A stretch of 59,752 nt of DNA, counting the filler. It is 4 parts of 4 records of this genome, joined end to end, with 100 filler letters (N's around TTAATTAATTAA, not from the genome) between each part and the next. Parts side by side here need not be neighbours in the genome. Positions count along the whole stretch, not along the records: positions 31,676 to 53,015 come from SRR2962707_1183; 3 more parts are not named here. One strand, written 5' to 3'. Shown piece by piece: positions 41,257 through 52,177 of this stretch. The first letter of the stretch is position 1. Each line of letters starts with the position of its first letter. The notes under the pieces are model-generated. The model was given only the letters and a program-made list of their open reading frames with translations, ran no database searches and was not told where the DNA came from. The position numbers were made by a program, and so were the translations under genes.

Positions 41257-42309
41257 ATGAACAATCCCATATTATATTCAGAAGGTTTTAAAGCACTGAA
41301 GTGGAATGATTTTAATTTCAAAACTATTCAAATAAACACCCTTTCAGCTCTTAAAGATCCAAGACACTATAACAACTGTTTTATTTTTAGAGATTCACTT
41401 ATAAAGGCCGTTGAAGAAGTATCTGGAAAGAAAGTTTCTAAGCTTCTTTTCATTACTCCAGATTATAAAACTGTTTATAAATTCTACATAATTGCTTATT
41501 TAGAAGGTAAAATAGTTTTCCCGCTTACAATAGAAAACACGCCATTATTTAAAGAATGGTTTACGGCTATAGATGATGAAAAGGATAAAGATCTTATTTC
41601 TACTATTTATAACTTCAGTCATAGTAGTTATAGCTCACAACCGATTACTAATTTAGAGCATATGACTTTTCATGAAAATACAGGGGATTTTATTAATCAA
41701 TTTATTCCAAATGAGTTTATAGCTGAACAATTGGCTAAAGAAAAGGCTGATTTTTTAAATCCTTATATTCAATTAAAAGCACAAATTAATATTGAAGAAG
41801 TAAAGCAAACCTTTGAAACCTTAATTAAGGCTAAAGGGTTAACCATAAATTCTCCGACAAATAACGATGCCATTTATGATGCTTTTGAAAAAGAAGCGGG
41901 ATTTCCTTTTCCACAAATTATCAAAGCGTACCTAAGCTTGCATAATGGTATTGACAGATGCGCCATAATGGGTGCTGAAACAATTTACAAAGAATGGAAA
42001 CAATGGAAAGCTATCTATGATGATTGGACGCAAGAAGAGTTGCTAGATACGTACACTACAAATCAAGGAAAAGCATTATTAATGTACACTACCCCTTATT
42101 GGATTCCATTTTTTGATTTAAGTAATGGCAATTTTTTAGCCTTCGATTTTGCACCTAATACCAAAGGTACTGCTGGGCAAATTATTCGTTATGGTGCCGA
42201 TCAAGAAATTGGATATATCCATGCAGACAACTTACATACATTTCTAAAAAGTTTACTAAATAATGAAGGTGAAATTGAGGATCATGAATGGTTTTATACA
42301 GCCCAGTAG
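41257..42309 (+). CDS. SMI1/KNR4 (SUKH) domain protein with an unknown N-terminal domain
   Basis: FEKEAGFPFP..IKAYLSLHNG and WIPF...NGNFLAFDFAP..KGT.GQII motifs. Confidence 0.85.
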   Translation: MNNPILYSEGFKALKWNDFNFKTIQINTLSALKDPRHYNNCFIFRDSLIKAVEEVSGKKVSKLLFITPDYKTVYKFYIIAYLEGKIVFPLTIENTPLFKEWFTAIDDEKDKDLISTIYNFSHSSYSSQPITNLEHMTFHENTGDFINQFIPNEFIAEQLAKEKADFLNPYIQLKAQINIEEVKQTFETLIKAKGLTINSPTNNDAIYDAFEKEAGFPFPQIIKAYLSLHNGIDRCAIMGAETIYKEWKQWKAIYDDWTQEELLDTYTTNQGKALLMYTTPYWIPFFDLSNGNFLAFDFAPNTKGTAGQIIRYGADQEIGYIHADNLHTFLKSLLNNEGEIEDHEWFYTAQ

Positions 42310-42351
42310 ATGTATTAAAAAAGAAAATAATTTTTGATTAACACCCAGCAA

Positions 42352-44835
42352 ATGTCTACTATTTTTAAAGAGCACATAATTCCTAAATTAAATATAAAAT
42401 CATTTAAAGGCGCTGAAATAAAAGCATTACTTCAGATATTAAAATTAATGCATGCCACCGACAATGAAATCTATAAGAATGCAAAAAAGGATTTTGATAC
42501 AAATACTACAACCCCTAATTTTACTAATAATCTATCCCAAAGTATTTACTTACACCCAAAAATATATGCCAAGGAAAGACAAGGCTTAAAATTTGTTGAG
42601 TCTTGGCTTCCACTCTTGGAAAATGGTTTTTATCCTGATAAAAAAAGTACTAGAAAACTTCTTGAATTTTTACACTTCAATCTCAGTTATTTTCAGTCAG
42701 AAGATACCTCAGAAATAGAAAAAATTCAACTTTTTAAAGTTTTAAAATTGCTGATTCAGAGTAAATCTGAAGCCTCTCTTCCTGTGGCGTGTTTTTTAAT
42801 TCATAGGATTTTTGATATTCGAGATGTATTGAACTCAGATTTTATAATTCAGCATTGCCTCAAACATCAGCTATTAACAGAAGGATATACCATTAAAAAT
42901 ACAGATCTTTCGATAAGTACAATTCCGTTTGCCATTGATAAGCATTTTATCACGCATTTTTTTGATGGCAATTGGCATCTATTTATCACAAAGTTTCATC
43001 AATTATTACCTGTGGGTCTTGTATATGCTCCATCCGCTTACGATTTGATGTCATCCTGGTTTAGTTTTGATTTAGCGTCTTTTTATGAAAGCCACCAAGA
43101 GATGGCCATTTTCGCAAATCAAGCACTAAAAGAACGTATTATTTGGGGAGAAACTAAAAGCTTAGAACTGCTAAATATCCAAACTAAGAACGGTAATTAT
43201 CCCTTAATAAATGTTTTAGCCAAAAAAACTTGGGATGCTGGTGATGTATTACTATTCAACAATCGAGATAAAAACATACCGCAGCAACAGTTAGATAGTT
43301 GTTATTTAAATTTTTTAGATTGGTTACTAGTAGATGCTGGAAGCAATTTGAATTCGGAAGCTTTTACTGGTTACGGAATTAAAATTTTAAGTGAGTGCAC
43401 AGCAGAAGCACTTCCGTTAGAATGCATTCCATTTTGGCTTCACAAATGTCATCCAAAAACTAGTCATAAAAATCAGAGGGAACTATTAAATCCCATATTC
43501 ACCAAGTTACTACTAGAAACAACGCACGCAACACTTCCTGCAATGCGTTTTGAAGGAGCAGATTTTCAAGTCAAAGGAACATTTTTAATTTCCGAAATAT
43601 TCAAGACAGAAAATAACCTAAAAGAGTGGCTTGAAGACTTTAAAAAGGAAGGTATTAAAAACCCATTAAATCAATTTTTAATACGCATCTATTATGATGC
43701 TAATGAAGAACTAACTTTAATATACACTAAAGAAGAACAAGAATATTTACAGTTATATTTAATAGAATTAGCATACTCTTCTAGATATGTAAGTGATTCT
43801 ATTAGAAAGAAAAATCTACCTATCCTTGTAAAAACTCTTGCTAAATTATGTGCAGAACCAGTAAATTTCTCACGTGTTAACGAGATTTGGGCACTAAAAA
43901 ATATTGATGTTTGTATTATAGATATTTGTAACAATTTTGCTCGAGAACACTATATCAATGAAAATAGTCCGTTAAACTTAAATCTTATACAAGCTTGGTT
44001 TAATTATTTAGGCGATTATTTCTATAGTCTAACCAAGGAGGCTGTTTGGGTATCAGAAGCATTAACCACTCAAGGCTTACGCACAGCAAATTTCTTCAAT
44101 ATAGAAAAAGAAGATGTTAGCTATTTTTTAGAAAGATTAATTAACCGTATCATTGATTTTCATAAACGATGTAAGCTCAAGGAAGAAACCAATCCTATAT
44201 TCAATAATATTTCTAAACAAATTGAATTGTATTTAACCGATTTTCTTATAGCATTAAAAGAAGAAAAACTAAATATAAATACTATAAACTATCTCTATAA
44301 TTATTGTAAAAGTGATGGAGCTGGTTTAATAAAACAATCCAAATTAATTACTGCTATTAATAATTTACATCAATTTCATTTTAAAGAAGAATTATCAACA
44401 GAAACCGATTATGAAGTATCACAATTACCTGTCTCTAAAGTTGAAATTGAAATCGTTGAGATTAATAAAAAGTATGTAGATGCCGTACTTCATAATCTAG
44501 AAAATTATAAAGAGGAAGGATGCGACACCCAGTTATTAACAGGTTTATATGAAAAGATAGACGACTTTAAAATCTGGATAAATTGTGATAAAACTGGAAT
44601 CGAAACACGATTTAGTCAAGCCCTTTATAAGACGTTGCTCGATACAAATTTAACCCCTAAAACAGATTTAAAAACCTACGGCACGCTTTGCAGAAACCTA
44701 TTTGTGTATTTAGTAAAAGGAACTAAAATGTCCGATTCCTACGTAATGGGATTAAAGGCTATGACAAAATCTGGAGTCTATCCAGAACATATAACAGCTA
44801 ATCTACGGCAAGTGGTTAAAGATTTAAATGTTTAA
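42352..44835 (+). CDS. Large hypothetical protein (about 830 aa, probably alpha-helical)
   Basis: Long ORF in an operon; no motif recognised; start either TTG 42334 or ATG 42352. Confidence 0.8.
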   Translation: MSTIFKEHIIPKLNIKSFKGAEIKALLQILKLMHATDNEIYKNAKKDFDTNTTTPNFTNNLSQSIYLHPKIYAKERQGLKFVESWLPLLENGFYPDKKSTRKLLEFLHFNLSYFQSEDTSEIEKIQLFKVLKLLIQSKSEASLPVACFLIHRIFDIRDVLNSDFIIQHCLKHQLLTEGYTIKNTDLSISTIPFAIDKHFITHFFDGNWHLFITKFHQLLPVGLVYAPSAYDLMSSWFSFDLASFYESHQEMAIFANQALKERIIWGETKSLELLNIQTKNGNYPLINVLAKKTWDAGDVLLFNNRDKNIPQQQLDSCYLNFLDWLLVDAGSNLNSEAFTGYGIKILSECTAEALPLECIPFWLHKCHPKTSHKNQRELLNPIFTKLLLETTHATLPAMRFEGADFQVKGTFLISEIFKTENNLKEWLEDFKKEGIKNPLNQFLIRIYYDANEELTLIYTKEEQEYLQLYLIELAYSSRYVSDSIRKKNLPILVKTLAKLCAEPVNFSRVNEIWALKNIDVCIIDICNNFAREHYINENSPLNLNLIQAWFNYLGDYFYSLTKEAVWVSEALTTQGLRTANFFNIEKEDVSYFLERLINRIIDFHKRCKLKEETNPIFNNISKQIELYLTDFLIALKEEKLNINTINYLYNYCKSDGAGLIKQSKLITAINNLHQFHFKEELSTETDYEVSQLPVSKVEIEIVEINKKYVDAVLHNLENYKEEGCDTQLLTGLYEKIDDFKIWINCDKTGIETRFSQALYKTLLDTNLTPKTDLKTYGTLCRNLFVYLVKGTKMSDSYVMGLKAMTKSGVYPEHITANLRQVVKDLNV

Positions 44836-44838
44836 ATA

Positions 44839-45498
44839 ATGACACAAGATATCACACCCAAAATTCAGAACCAATTAAATTTATCGGCCTTGATTTTGAA
44901 GAAAAATCATAAAAACGCAGCCTTAAAAAGTTGGTCGGGTTTTAACCTAAAAGATGCAATGCACGTTAAGCATGCGGAAAGACTTTTAACTATGTACGGT
45001 ATTAAATCAGGCTTGCATTTACGGAACAGTTTACAACGTTACGAGAGCGGACAAATGGTATCTCATACTTTTGAAAAATTAGCCGCAGCGTTTCGCAATG
45101 ATACCAGTAAGACTTTTGAAGCTAAATACCAAGCTCTAGAAAGTCCTAAAACCAAAAACACCTACAAAATGGTGTGGAAATATCGTTTCAGTTTAAAAAA
45201 TCAAAAACTCAGAGGATATGAAATGGCAATGTACATTTTTCAAATGAGATTAGGCCTCGTCTTAGACTTTATAACAACAGAAGAAATGATGTTGCGTTTA
45301 GAAGAAGCCTACAATATTACAAAGTCCACGTTTTCTAGTTGGGGAGAATTTCACCGCAACGTGTGCTTGGGAGATGAGTACGTTTTAGGGGCTACAGAAC
45401 TCGATGTTAGTAAATTCCCAGGGACAGAAACACTTTGGGAGCACTACCAACGCTTACATATAGCACATGCCGATTGGTTTAAAGAATGGAAAAAATGA
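44839..45498 (+). CDS. DUF1266-like protein
   Basis: LLTMYGI...GYEMA...TFSSWGEF..N..LG pattern resembles DUF1266. Confidence 0.6.
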   Translation: MTQDITPKIQNQLNLSALILKKNHKNAALKSWSGFNLKDAMHVKHAERLLTMYGIKSGLHLRNSLQRYESGQMVSHTFEKLAAAFRNDTSKTFEAKYQALESPKTKNTYKMVWKYRFSLKNQKLRGYEMAMYIFQMRLGLVLDFITTEEMMLRLEEAYNITKSTFSSWGEFHRNVCLGDEYVLGATELDVSKFPGTETLWEHYQRLHIAHADWFKEWKK

Positions 45499-47738
45499 GG
45501 ATAACAGAACAAGAGCTTATACAACAAATTGAGCGTGCAGAACAACTGTACAAGACCAACCTTTATATGCATTTACAGCCTGTAATTAGTAATATACAAG
45601 AGCACCTAGAGCTTTTAACTAATAATTCAGACTATGCCAAATATTACCGCATTTATATGCTGTATATTGGGATTTATGAAGAACTGAATATGCAAGTTTT
45701 GCAGTCTTATTTACAAGCATTAATTAACATTAATGAAGTAGAAGCATCAGATTACGAATACGTTTGTAGTTATTACAAACAATGTGAAGAAACAGTGTAC
45801 CAAGAAGCTTTAATGCTATATCCATACAACGAAACTTTACACCTACATTACGCTTTAAAATTACAAGAAGATAAACGTTTTAAAGAAGCTATTGTTACTT
45901 TAAAATATATCCTAGAATGTTATCCTGCCTCCACAGAAGCTCGATTCTTACTTTGGGATATTGAAGCAACTCAATTAGCACATTTATGTGCATCAAACGA
46001 AGAAGCAAACTGCTATGAACTTTTAGAATTAGCTTCGGCTACTCATAATGAAGAAGTTTTAAAAGGATTACAATTAGATCATCGATTAGATAAAGCAAAT
46101 CAAACTTTAGCCTATATACAGGTTGCACTGTGGGAAGAAAGGTCTACTGAAATAAAACAACATTGGAATACAGAATGGAAACTTTTAGAATTGACAGCAG
46201 TAACACGTATGCTCTTGGCAGATTATGCAAAATCTTTTATGATGTACGATATGGTATCTCAAGTTTTAAAAGCACCTTCAGAACCAGAGTTTCCAGAAGA
46301 AGAGTATAGTAATTTTGAGGAATATCAAACGTTTATCAAGGCGTTTGCTACTTCTGGCTGGCAATTGGCACAACATCAATATGTATTGATAGGAAATTCG
46401 GCATATTTTTATTCAAAAAATAAAGAAATCTTAGATATTAGTGTAGAAAGAGGCTTAGCTTTAAATCCTAAAAACCCATTACTATTGGTATTAAAGGCAA
46501 AATCCTTTTTTTTTGTCAATAATTATAACGAGACCGGAGTAAATTACCACGAAGCATTTAAAAACGGTCTCCGTTTGAGTGAATATCTATTTTATTTACT
46601 AGAAGTAAATAGTAGAATTGAAAATTGGCAAGGTATATTAGATATTGTTGCTCAGTTTCATAAAGGGACTCCTCCTACACTTAAAACCTTATTTTTTAAA
46701 GCACGTGCACTCGTCAAATTAAGACAATTTGATGAAGCTCTGGAAACGATTAATGTAGCGCTTTCTGATTTTCCGTTACCACCTCATTCTTACGCACCAT
46801 GGTTGTATAACTTAAGAATGATTATTCATAAACAAAACCATAACTACACGGCTTTTTTTGAAGATATGCAGTCAGAAATCAATTATTATACTATTGGCGA
46901 CTCAGAATATTGTAGCACAATGAATATGTGTATTGAAGCCCTTATTGAAATGGGCAATTATCAAGAATGTTACAAATATGCCATATATAACCACGAACAA
47001 GGACAATTATTACCAGAATTATATCCTGTGTTTCTGTGGATTTGTTTTTATGATTATTTAGAAAAACCTGATGATATAGCAGACGCTTCAGAACTAGATT
47101 TAATACAAGAACCTTCTACTTTTATAGAATACAGAACCAATGGTTTAATATATTGGATGCTAGGTAACATCTGTGCTGCTACAAATGCATTACAACAAGC
47201 GGCACAACTAGCCACAAACAAAGCTTACTATTTAAAACTAGCATTAAGTTGCGCTAAAGAGGATTTTAATACTACAAAAAGTATTGCTGCTTGCCAAATT
47301 ATTAAAACCCAGATACCAGAATCTAGTGACTGGAAAACAGACTATCTGTTAGCCGATTTATTAAAAACAGGGAAGCATTATAAAAAAGCATTAGCTAGTT
47401 TTAACCAATTATTACAAAGCTATCCAGACTATTCGTTTTTTGAATTTCCAAAAGACAATAATAATATGATGCTAGCCACACTTAAAACATTATCTAAAGC
47501 TATAGAGAATGAAGGAGATTACATCAAATACAACGCTATGCTTTTAAGTAAAGAGAATCCTTCTGCTAACGCATTATTAGAACATTTAGAGGTCGTACAA
47601 ACGCACTTTGAAACTGATAAATTCCTTCTGCATAATTTATTAGAACAAATTTTCAAGTTAAATATTGATTTAGAAAATAATGAATTAGAATTGTTAAAAG
47701 ACATCAAATCTAAAATAAGAACCTCATATTTCAATTAA
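45486..47738 (+). CDS. Tetratricopeptide repeat protein
   Basis: Repeated helical motifs (KARALVKLRQFDEALE, LADLLKTGKHYKKALASFNQLL..YP). Confidence 0.78.
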   Translation: MEKMRITEQELIQQIERAEQLYKTNLYMHLQPVISNIQEHLELLTNNSDYAKYYRIYMLYIGIYEELNMQVLQSYLQALININEVEASDYEYVCSYYKQCEETVYQEALMLYPYNETLHLHYALKLQEDKRFKEAIVTLKYILECYPASTEARFLLWDIEATQLAHLCASNEEANCYELLELASATHNEEVLKGLQLDHRLDKANQTLAYIQVALWEERSTEIKQHWNTEWKLLELTAVTRMLLADYAKSFMMYDMVSQVLKAPSEPEFPEEEYSNFEEYQTFIKAFATSGWQLAQHQYVLIGNSAYFYSKNKEILDISVERGLALNPKNPLLLVLKAKSFFFVNNYNETGVNYHEAFKNGLRLSEYLFYLLEVNSRIENWQGILDIVAQFHKGTPPTLKTLFFKARALVKLRQFDEALETINVALSDFPLPPHSYAPWLYNLRMIIHKQNHNYTAFFEDMQSEINYYTIGDSEYCSTMNMCIEALIEMGNYQECYKYAIYNHEQGQLLPELYPVFLWICFYDYLEKPDDIADASELDLIQEPSTFIEYRTNGLIYWMLGNICAATNALQQAAQLATNKAYYLKLALSCAKEDFNTTKSIAACQIIKTQIPESSDWKTDYLLADLLKTGKHYKKALASFNQLLQSYPDYSFFEFPKDNNNMMLATLKTLSKAIENEGDYIKYNAMLLSKENPSANALLEHLEVVQTHFETDKFLLHNLLEQIFKLNIDLENNELELLKDIKSKIRTSYFN

Positions 47739-47759
47739 AGGTATTAAGTTTACATTTTA

Positions 47760-49727
47760 ATGAAGTTATCTCTTACATATTTTATATTCAATTTCTTCTT
47801 TTATATAGGAATTAGCACCTTGTCTTATGCTCAAGACATAGATAGTACGATTGAATTAGATTCTCTTGCAAACATTTATTATACCAATATTTATACGCAA
47901 CCCCAAATTGCAAAATTAGCCGCTACAAAATGGCTCGAAGGAAGCAAAAATTCAGATTTGGGACTTCAAGAAGCAAGTGCCTTGTATGCATTAGGAAACC
48001 TTAGTAATATTATTGGAGAATATAAAAACACCATAAAATATACAAATCAAGCTATTGATTTACTTAAAAAACTGGACACTAAAAAAGGATTAGCGGCTTG
48101 TTATAATATCCTCGCTTCTGCCTATAAAAATTTAGGTGAATATCCGAAAGCTATTGACTGTTTTATGAATTGCTTAAAGTATTCAAAACAAACCAATAGC
48201 CAAATACAGGAAGCTAATGCATATCTAAATATAGCAACATTGTATCTGCTTCAAAAAGATTATAAAAAATCAGCAGAAAATCTAGATCGTGCTGCCAATC
48301 TCTATCGCTCTTTAGGAGATGATGATGGAGTGCTCACAACGCTATTTAATTTTGCAAATATTTTAAAAGAACAAGGTAAGTTTAGTCAAGCAAGAAAGCA
48401 TTACCAAACCGTTTTAGATTACAGAGAAAAAGAAGGTAATAAAGCGGCTGTTGCCTATGTAAATATAAATCTTTCGCAAATGTTAGTGGAAGAAGGTAAG
48501 TGTAAAGAAGCTGTTGTAGCTCTAAAAAAAACATTAGCTCTTTTAGAAGAGCTAAAATTTAATTCAGACATTAGTATTGTTTTAAACGATTTAGGTTTAT
48601 GCGAAACAAAATTAGGTAATACAATTGCAGCGATAAATTATTTTCAACGCGCTTTAGCTATTGGCGAAGAACAATCGCTACACCCATACAGTTCCGACAT
48701 ATACAAGAATCTGGCAAATTTATATCAAAAAGAAAACAATTATAAAAAAGCATTTGAATTCTATCAAAAAGGAGTGGCAAGTACTGCGGAGCAAAACTCA
48801 CTTGATAAAAAGGTATATGTAGCTGAAATACAAGAACGCTATGAAACAGCATTAAAGGAAGCTAGAATTCAATTATTAGAAAAAGAACAAAAATTAGGAG
48901 AAACAGAATTGCAAAAAGTAGAGCTCACTGTAAAACGCCAACGCTTAGTTAGAAATGTTTTAATAGCTGGATTTATATTGGTTTTTATTACTTTAATTAT
49001 TTTAAGGGTTTCTCATATTAAAAGACTACGCATTCAAAAAGAATTGAGTATCCAGCAAGAGGAAAATGCTAAGCAGCAAATAAATAAAATGATAAATGAT
49101 CATAAACTATCTGTTATTGAGCGCTATCAAGAAGGTCAAGATGAAGAACGTTCAAGACTTGCTCGGGAAATTCATGATGGTATTGGCAGCGATTTAGCAA
49201 GCATCAAAATAGCGTTCGAGCAGTATTCAGAACAACACCATGATGATTTCCAATCTAGGAGAATCGCTTCTGCTATTAATAATGCTTGTGCGGATGTTCG
49301 TAGCCTTTCTCATCAATTACACCCGCTCCCCTTTTCAAAAATAGGATTCACTAGTTTTTTAAGTGATTTTATTGATCAAATAACTAAAAAAACAGCTACT
49401 GAAATTCAAACTTTTTTCTTTCCAGAAGAAGCGATTGATGAGTTACCTGATTTCTTACTAGCAGACGTATACCGTATTGTACAAGAATTAATTAATAATA
49501 TTCTAAAACATGCAGAAGCCAAGCATGCTGCTGTTCAACTCACCATGCATGAAGATCATTTAAATATTGTTATAAACGATGATGGTATAGGTTTTCAAAA
49601 TAACAAAAAATCGGGAATAGGGCTTCGAAATATAAAAGAACGCTTACATAAAATTCAAGGTAGTTTAGAAATCGATTGTAGCCCAGGACGCGGAACATCA
49701 ATTACCATTGACATACCAGTAAATTAA
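47760..49727 (+). CDS. TPR-containing sensor histidine kinase (HisKA_3 type)
   Basis: Signal peptide, TPR array, TM helix, EERSRLAREIHDGIG, QELINNILKHA, DDGIGF and GIGLRNI. Confidence 0.93.
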   Translation: MKLSLTYFIFNFFFYIGISTLSYAQDIDSTIELDSLANIYYTNIYTQPQIAKLAATKWLEGSKNSDLGLQEASALYALGNLSNIIGEYKNTIKYTNQAIDLLKKLDTKKGLAACYNILASAYKNLGEYPKAIDCFMNCLKYSKQTNSQIQEANAYLNIATLYLLQKDYKKSAENLDRAANLYRSLGDDDGVLTTLFNFANILKEQGKFSQARKHYQTVLDYREKEGNKAAVAYVNINLSQMLVEEGKCKEAVVALKKTLALLEELKFNSDISIVLNDLGLCETKLGNTIAAINYFQRALAIGEEQSLHPYSSDIYKNLANLYQKENNYKKAFEFYQKGVASTAEQNSLDKKVYVAEIQERYETALKEARIQLLEKEQKLGETELQKVELTVKRQRLVRNVLIAGFILVFITLIILRVSHIKRLRIQKELSIQQEENAKQQINKMINDHKLSVIERYQEGQDEERSRLAREIHDGIGSDLASIKIAFEQYSEQHHDDFQSRRIASAINNACADVRSLSHQLHPLPFSKIGFTSFLSDFIDQITKKTATEIQTFFFPEEAIDELPDFLLADVYRIVQELINNILKHAEAKHAAVQLTMHEDHLNIVINDDGIGFQNNKKSGIGLRNIKERLHKIQGSLEIDCSPGRGTSITIDIPVN

Positions 49728-49733
49728 TAAATT

Positions 49734-50369
49734 GTGGAGAAAACAAACATTATAATTGCAGACGATCATTTAATGTTCATTGAAGGGATCAATACCATTT
49801 TAAAAAATATGGACGAAATTGGAGAAGTGCATATTGCAACTGAAGGGAAACAGGTTATTAGATTACTCTCTCAGTTTAAAATTGGTTTAATTATAAGCGA
49901 CATTAGTATGCCCAAAATGGACGGTATAGAATTGCTTACAGAAATTAAAAAAAAGCATAAAGACGTAAAAATAATCATGTTGAGCATGCTCGACAATCAT
50001 AGAACAGTACATAAAGTCATACAAAAAGGGGCAGACGGTTTTGTTCCGAAGTTTACAAGTAAAGAAGAGCTACAAAAAGCGGTACGTTCCGTTTTAAATG
50101 ATGAACAATACTTTTCTGAACTCATAAAACAACGATATATGGAAAGTGTTTTTGAACGCAAAAAATATAAAAACATCGAACTATCACCAAGAGAGAAGGA
50201 TGTCTTAGCGCTTTTAGGAGAAGAGCTTACTTCTAAAGAGATTTCAGAAAAATTATTTATCTCTGTAAATACAGTAGAAACGCATAGAAAAAATATCCTA
50301 TTAAAAACAGGTTCTAAAACTACAACTGGCGCAGTACGATTTGCAATAGAGTCTGGACTATTTGATTAA
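49734..50369 (+). CDS. NarL/LuxR-family response regulator
   Basis: IADDH, SDISMP, and LSPREKDVL...ISEKLFISVNTVETHRKNI helix-turn-helix. Confidence 0.95.
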   Translation: MEKTNIIIADDHLMFIEGINTILKNMDEIGEVHIATEGKQVIRLLSQFKIGLIISDISMPKMDGIELLTEIKKKHKDVKIIMLSMLDNHRTVHKVIQKGADGFVPKFTSKEELQKAVRSVLNDEQYFSELIKQRYMESVFERKKYKNIELSPREKDVLALLGEELTSKEISEKLFISVNTVETHRKNILLKTGSKTTTGAVRFAIESGLFD

Positions 50370-50456
50370 AAAAGCGGCTGTATAAAAAGTGAATTTATAG
50401 TTTCAAACTGAGTTTAGACACTTATTATTTAGTCACTTTTTTGTTTTTTTAAACTA

Positions 50457-51440
50457 CTATTCCGTTCTAATATCATAAAAGGCCAAAGCAGCTCTAATCT
50501 CTTTTAATTCCTTATTAGATGTAGTTATATCATTCTTTTCTGTAAGCATCTCTCCGCGATAAATAAACCTTGATTCCAAATCAAAATAAACAATATAAAT
50601 TCCCTTTAAAGGGTTTTGATATTTCTCATTTTCTTTATTATTTATTCTAGTATCTTCTAAATATTGAACCCAGGCTCCCTTAGATAAAGAAGATTTATCC
50701 AAGAATATTTTTCTATACTCACTAATTTTATAATAAGGATACGTGAGCTCCAATTTGGTTTGAATATTATTTTCAATTTTAGTTTTAAAAAGTTCAAAAT
50801 TAGTTACATTTTCAGATAAGTGAAAAGCATGTACTTTCCACATATTGTCTTCTAATTTCAAAGGCACTGTTATGAATCCTTCAGGGTAACTAGGTGTTTT
50901 AACTAATAAGCTGTGTTCATAACCATTATTTAATACGTCATAGGAAGCATTCAATTTATCAACAAATTTGGTAATTATTTCTTCCAATGTATCTGAAGTT
51001 AGTGCTTCTTTAAAAATTAATTCAATCACCGCTAAACCATATTTTACATCTAGAATATCACTTTTAAAATCTACAATTACCGCTTGTTTAGCTTCATGAT
51101 ATTTCAATGCTTTTTGATATAGATCATTAAATTCTATGTGATATGAAGCTATATAATCGGCAATCAATATTTTTTTAGCATCAAAATATGTGTAAAACTC
51201 TATATCAGGATTTTTTTTATGATATATATGTACAGAAAATGAATTAGGATTCATAGTAGCTGCATTAAAAAATCTATTTAAATTTTTATAAGTAAGCTCA
51301 CCATTATACTCTCTTTCAAGATATTCTTCTAAATTTTTAGAGGCTTGTTTCTTAGATATTCCACCCACTATTTGTGCGCAATTAGTAAAAAGAAGTAAGA
51401 TTCCTAATAAGCAAAGACCTATAATAATTATAGTTTTCAT
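50457..51440 (-). CDS. Hypothetical exported protein, possible lipoprotein
   Basis: MKTIIIIGLCLLGILLLFTNC signal with a lipobox-like Cys; start at 51440 fits the promoter spacing. Confidence 0.75.
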   Translation of the reverse strand: MKTIIIIGLCLLGILLLFTNCAQIVGGISKKQASKNLEEYLEREYNGELTYKNLNRFFNAATMNPNSFSVHIYHKKNPDIEFYTYFDAKKILIADYIASYHIEFNDLYQKALKYHEAKQAVIVDFKSDILDVKYGLAVIELIFKEALTSDTLEEIITKFVDKLNASYDVLNNGYEHSLLVKTPSYPEGFITVPLKLEDNMWKVHAFHLSENVTNFELFKTKIENNIQTKLELTYPYYKISEYRKIFLDKSSLSKGAWVQYLEDTRINNKENEKYQNPLKGIYIVYFDLESRFIYRGEMLTEKNDITTSNKELKEIRAALAFYDIRTE

Positions 51441-51460
51441 AAATGATATTTTATACCATA

Positions 51461-51507
51461 TAAATTTAAGTCTGTTCAAGTTTTAAACGCTCACTGTTTT
51501 CCGTGAA
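51461..51507 (-). promoter_or_regulatory. Regulon promoter 5
   Basis: Minus strand TTCACGGAAAACAGTGAG (51507-51490), 21-bp gap, TAAATTTA (51468-51461). Confidence 0.7.
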
Positions 51508-51515
51508 TTTATATT

Positions 51516-51562
51516 ATCACTTAAATGAGGTGTTTATTTGAGAATGTGTTCTAATATCTTTG
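51516..51562 (+). promoter_or_regulatory. Regulon promoter 6
   Basis: ATCACTTAAATGAGGTGT (51516-33, weaker right arm), 21-bp gap, TATCTTTG (51555-62). Confidence 0.65.
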
Positions 51563-51591
51563 AATTATAAAATAATACTAATATAAATATC

Positions 51592-51987
51592 ATGGGATTA
51601 CAAGAAAAAAGAGCTGCAAAGGCTATAGAAGATCAATATTTAGGAGATTATCAAAAAGAAATTAATGAGGTGGTTGGTAAAGAATTACCTATAAACATTA
51701 ATTGGGATACTTTTGAAATGGATTTCATAAAATTTGTTCCTAGTGTATGCTTGCAACGCCTTACTGATGGTTTAAGAGAAGTTTGTAAAGATGCTATGGG
51801 AAAAGAAGCTGTTCAAGAGGTTGTTAACTCTATAAAGGTTTATTGCATTCCAAATGAAGGAGCTGAAGAAAAAAAGGGACTTAATCTAGAAAACGGTGTG
51901 TTTTCTTTAACTGCTTGTTGGGGAGGCCATCACAGTGGATACTTTACAGACTTAGTAATACGCGAATATTTAGAGAATAACTTATAA
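51592..51987 (+). CDS. Hypothetical protein (131 aa), paralogous to the C-terminal half of 52178-52867
   Basis: Clean ORF with its own promoter and terminator; D.MGKEA motif. Confidence 0.85.
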   Translation: MGLQEKRAAKAIEDQYLGDYQKEINEVVGKELPININWDTFEMDFIKFVPSVCLQRLTDGLREVCKDAMGKEAVQEVVNSIKVYCIPNEGAEEKKGLNLENGVFSLTACWGGHHSGYFTDLVIREYLENNL

Positions 51988-52014
51988 AATATAATGACAT
52001 TATTTTGAGGGGTC

Positions 52015-52053
52015 AAAAAAGCCTTTAAGAAATTCATCTTAAAGGCTTTTTTT
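52015..52053. terminator. Bidirectional intrinsic terminator
   Basis: AAAAAAGCCTTTAAGA-aattca-TCTTAAAGGCTTTTTTT between convergent genes. Confidence 0.88.
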
Positions 52054-52177
52054 CATCAGAATAACATTCCATGTTAAAACTGTAATCACATTGGCTTAAT
52101 ACAAGTGTTTTTTTGTATTCTTATTTTTTTATATTAATAACTCTATTCTACTAACTACATTAGATTCTTACTTAATT

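Noticed and set aside
50370-50445. Imperfect inverted repeat AAAAAGTGA...TCACTTTTT after the response regulator
   Set aside because: May be a degenerate terminator or repeat remnant, but it is too imperfect and single-copy here to call
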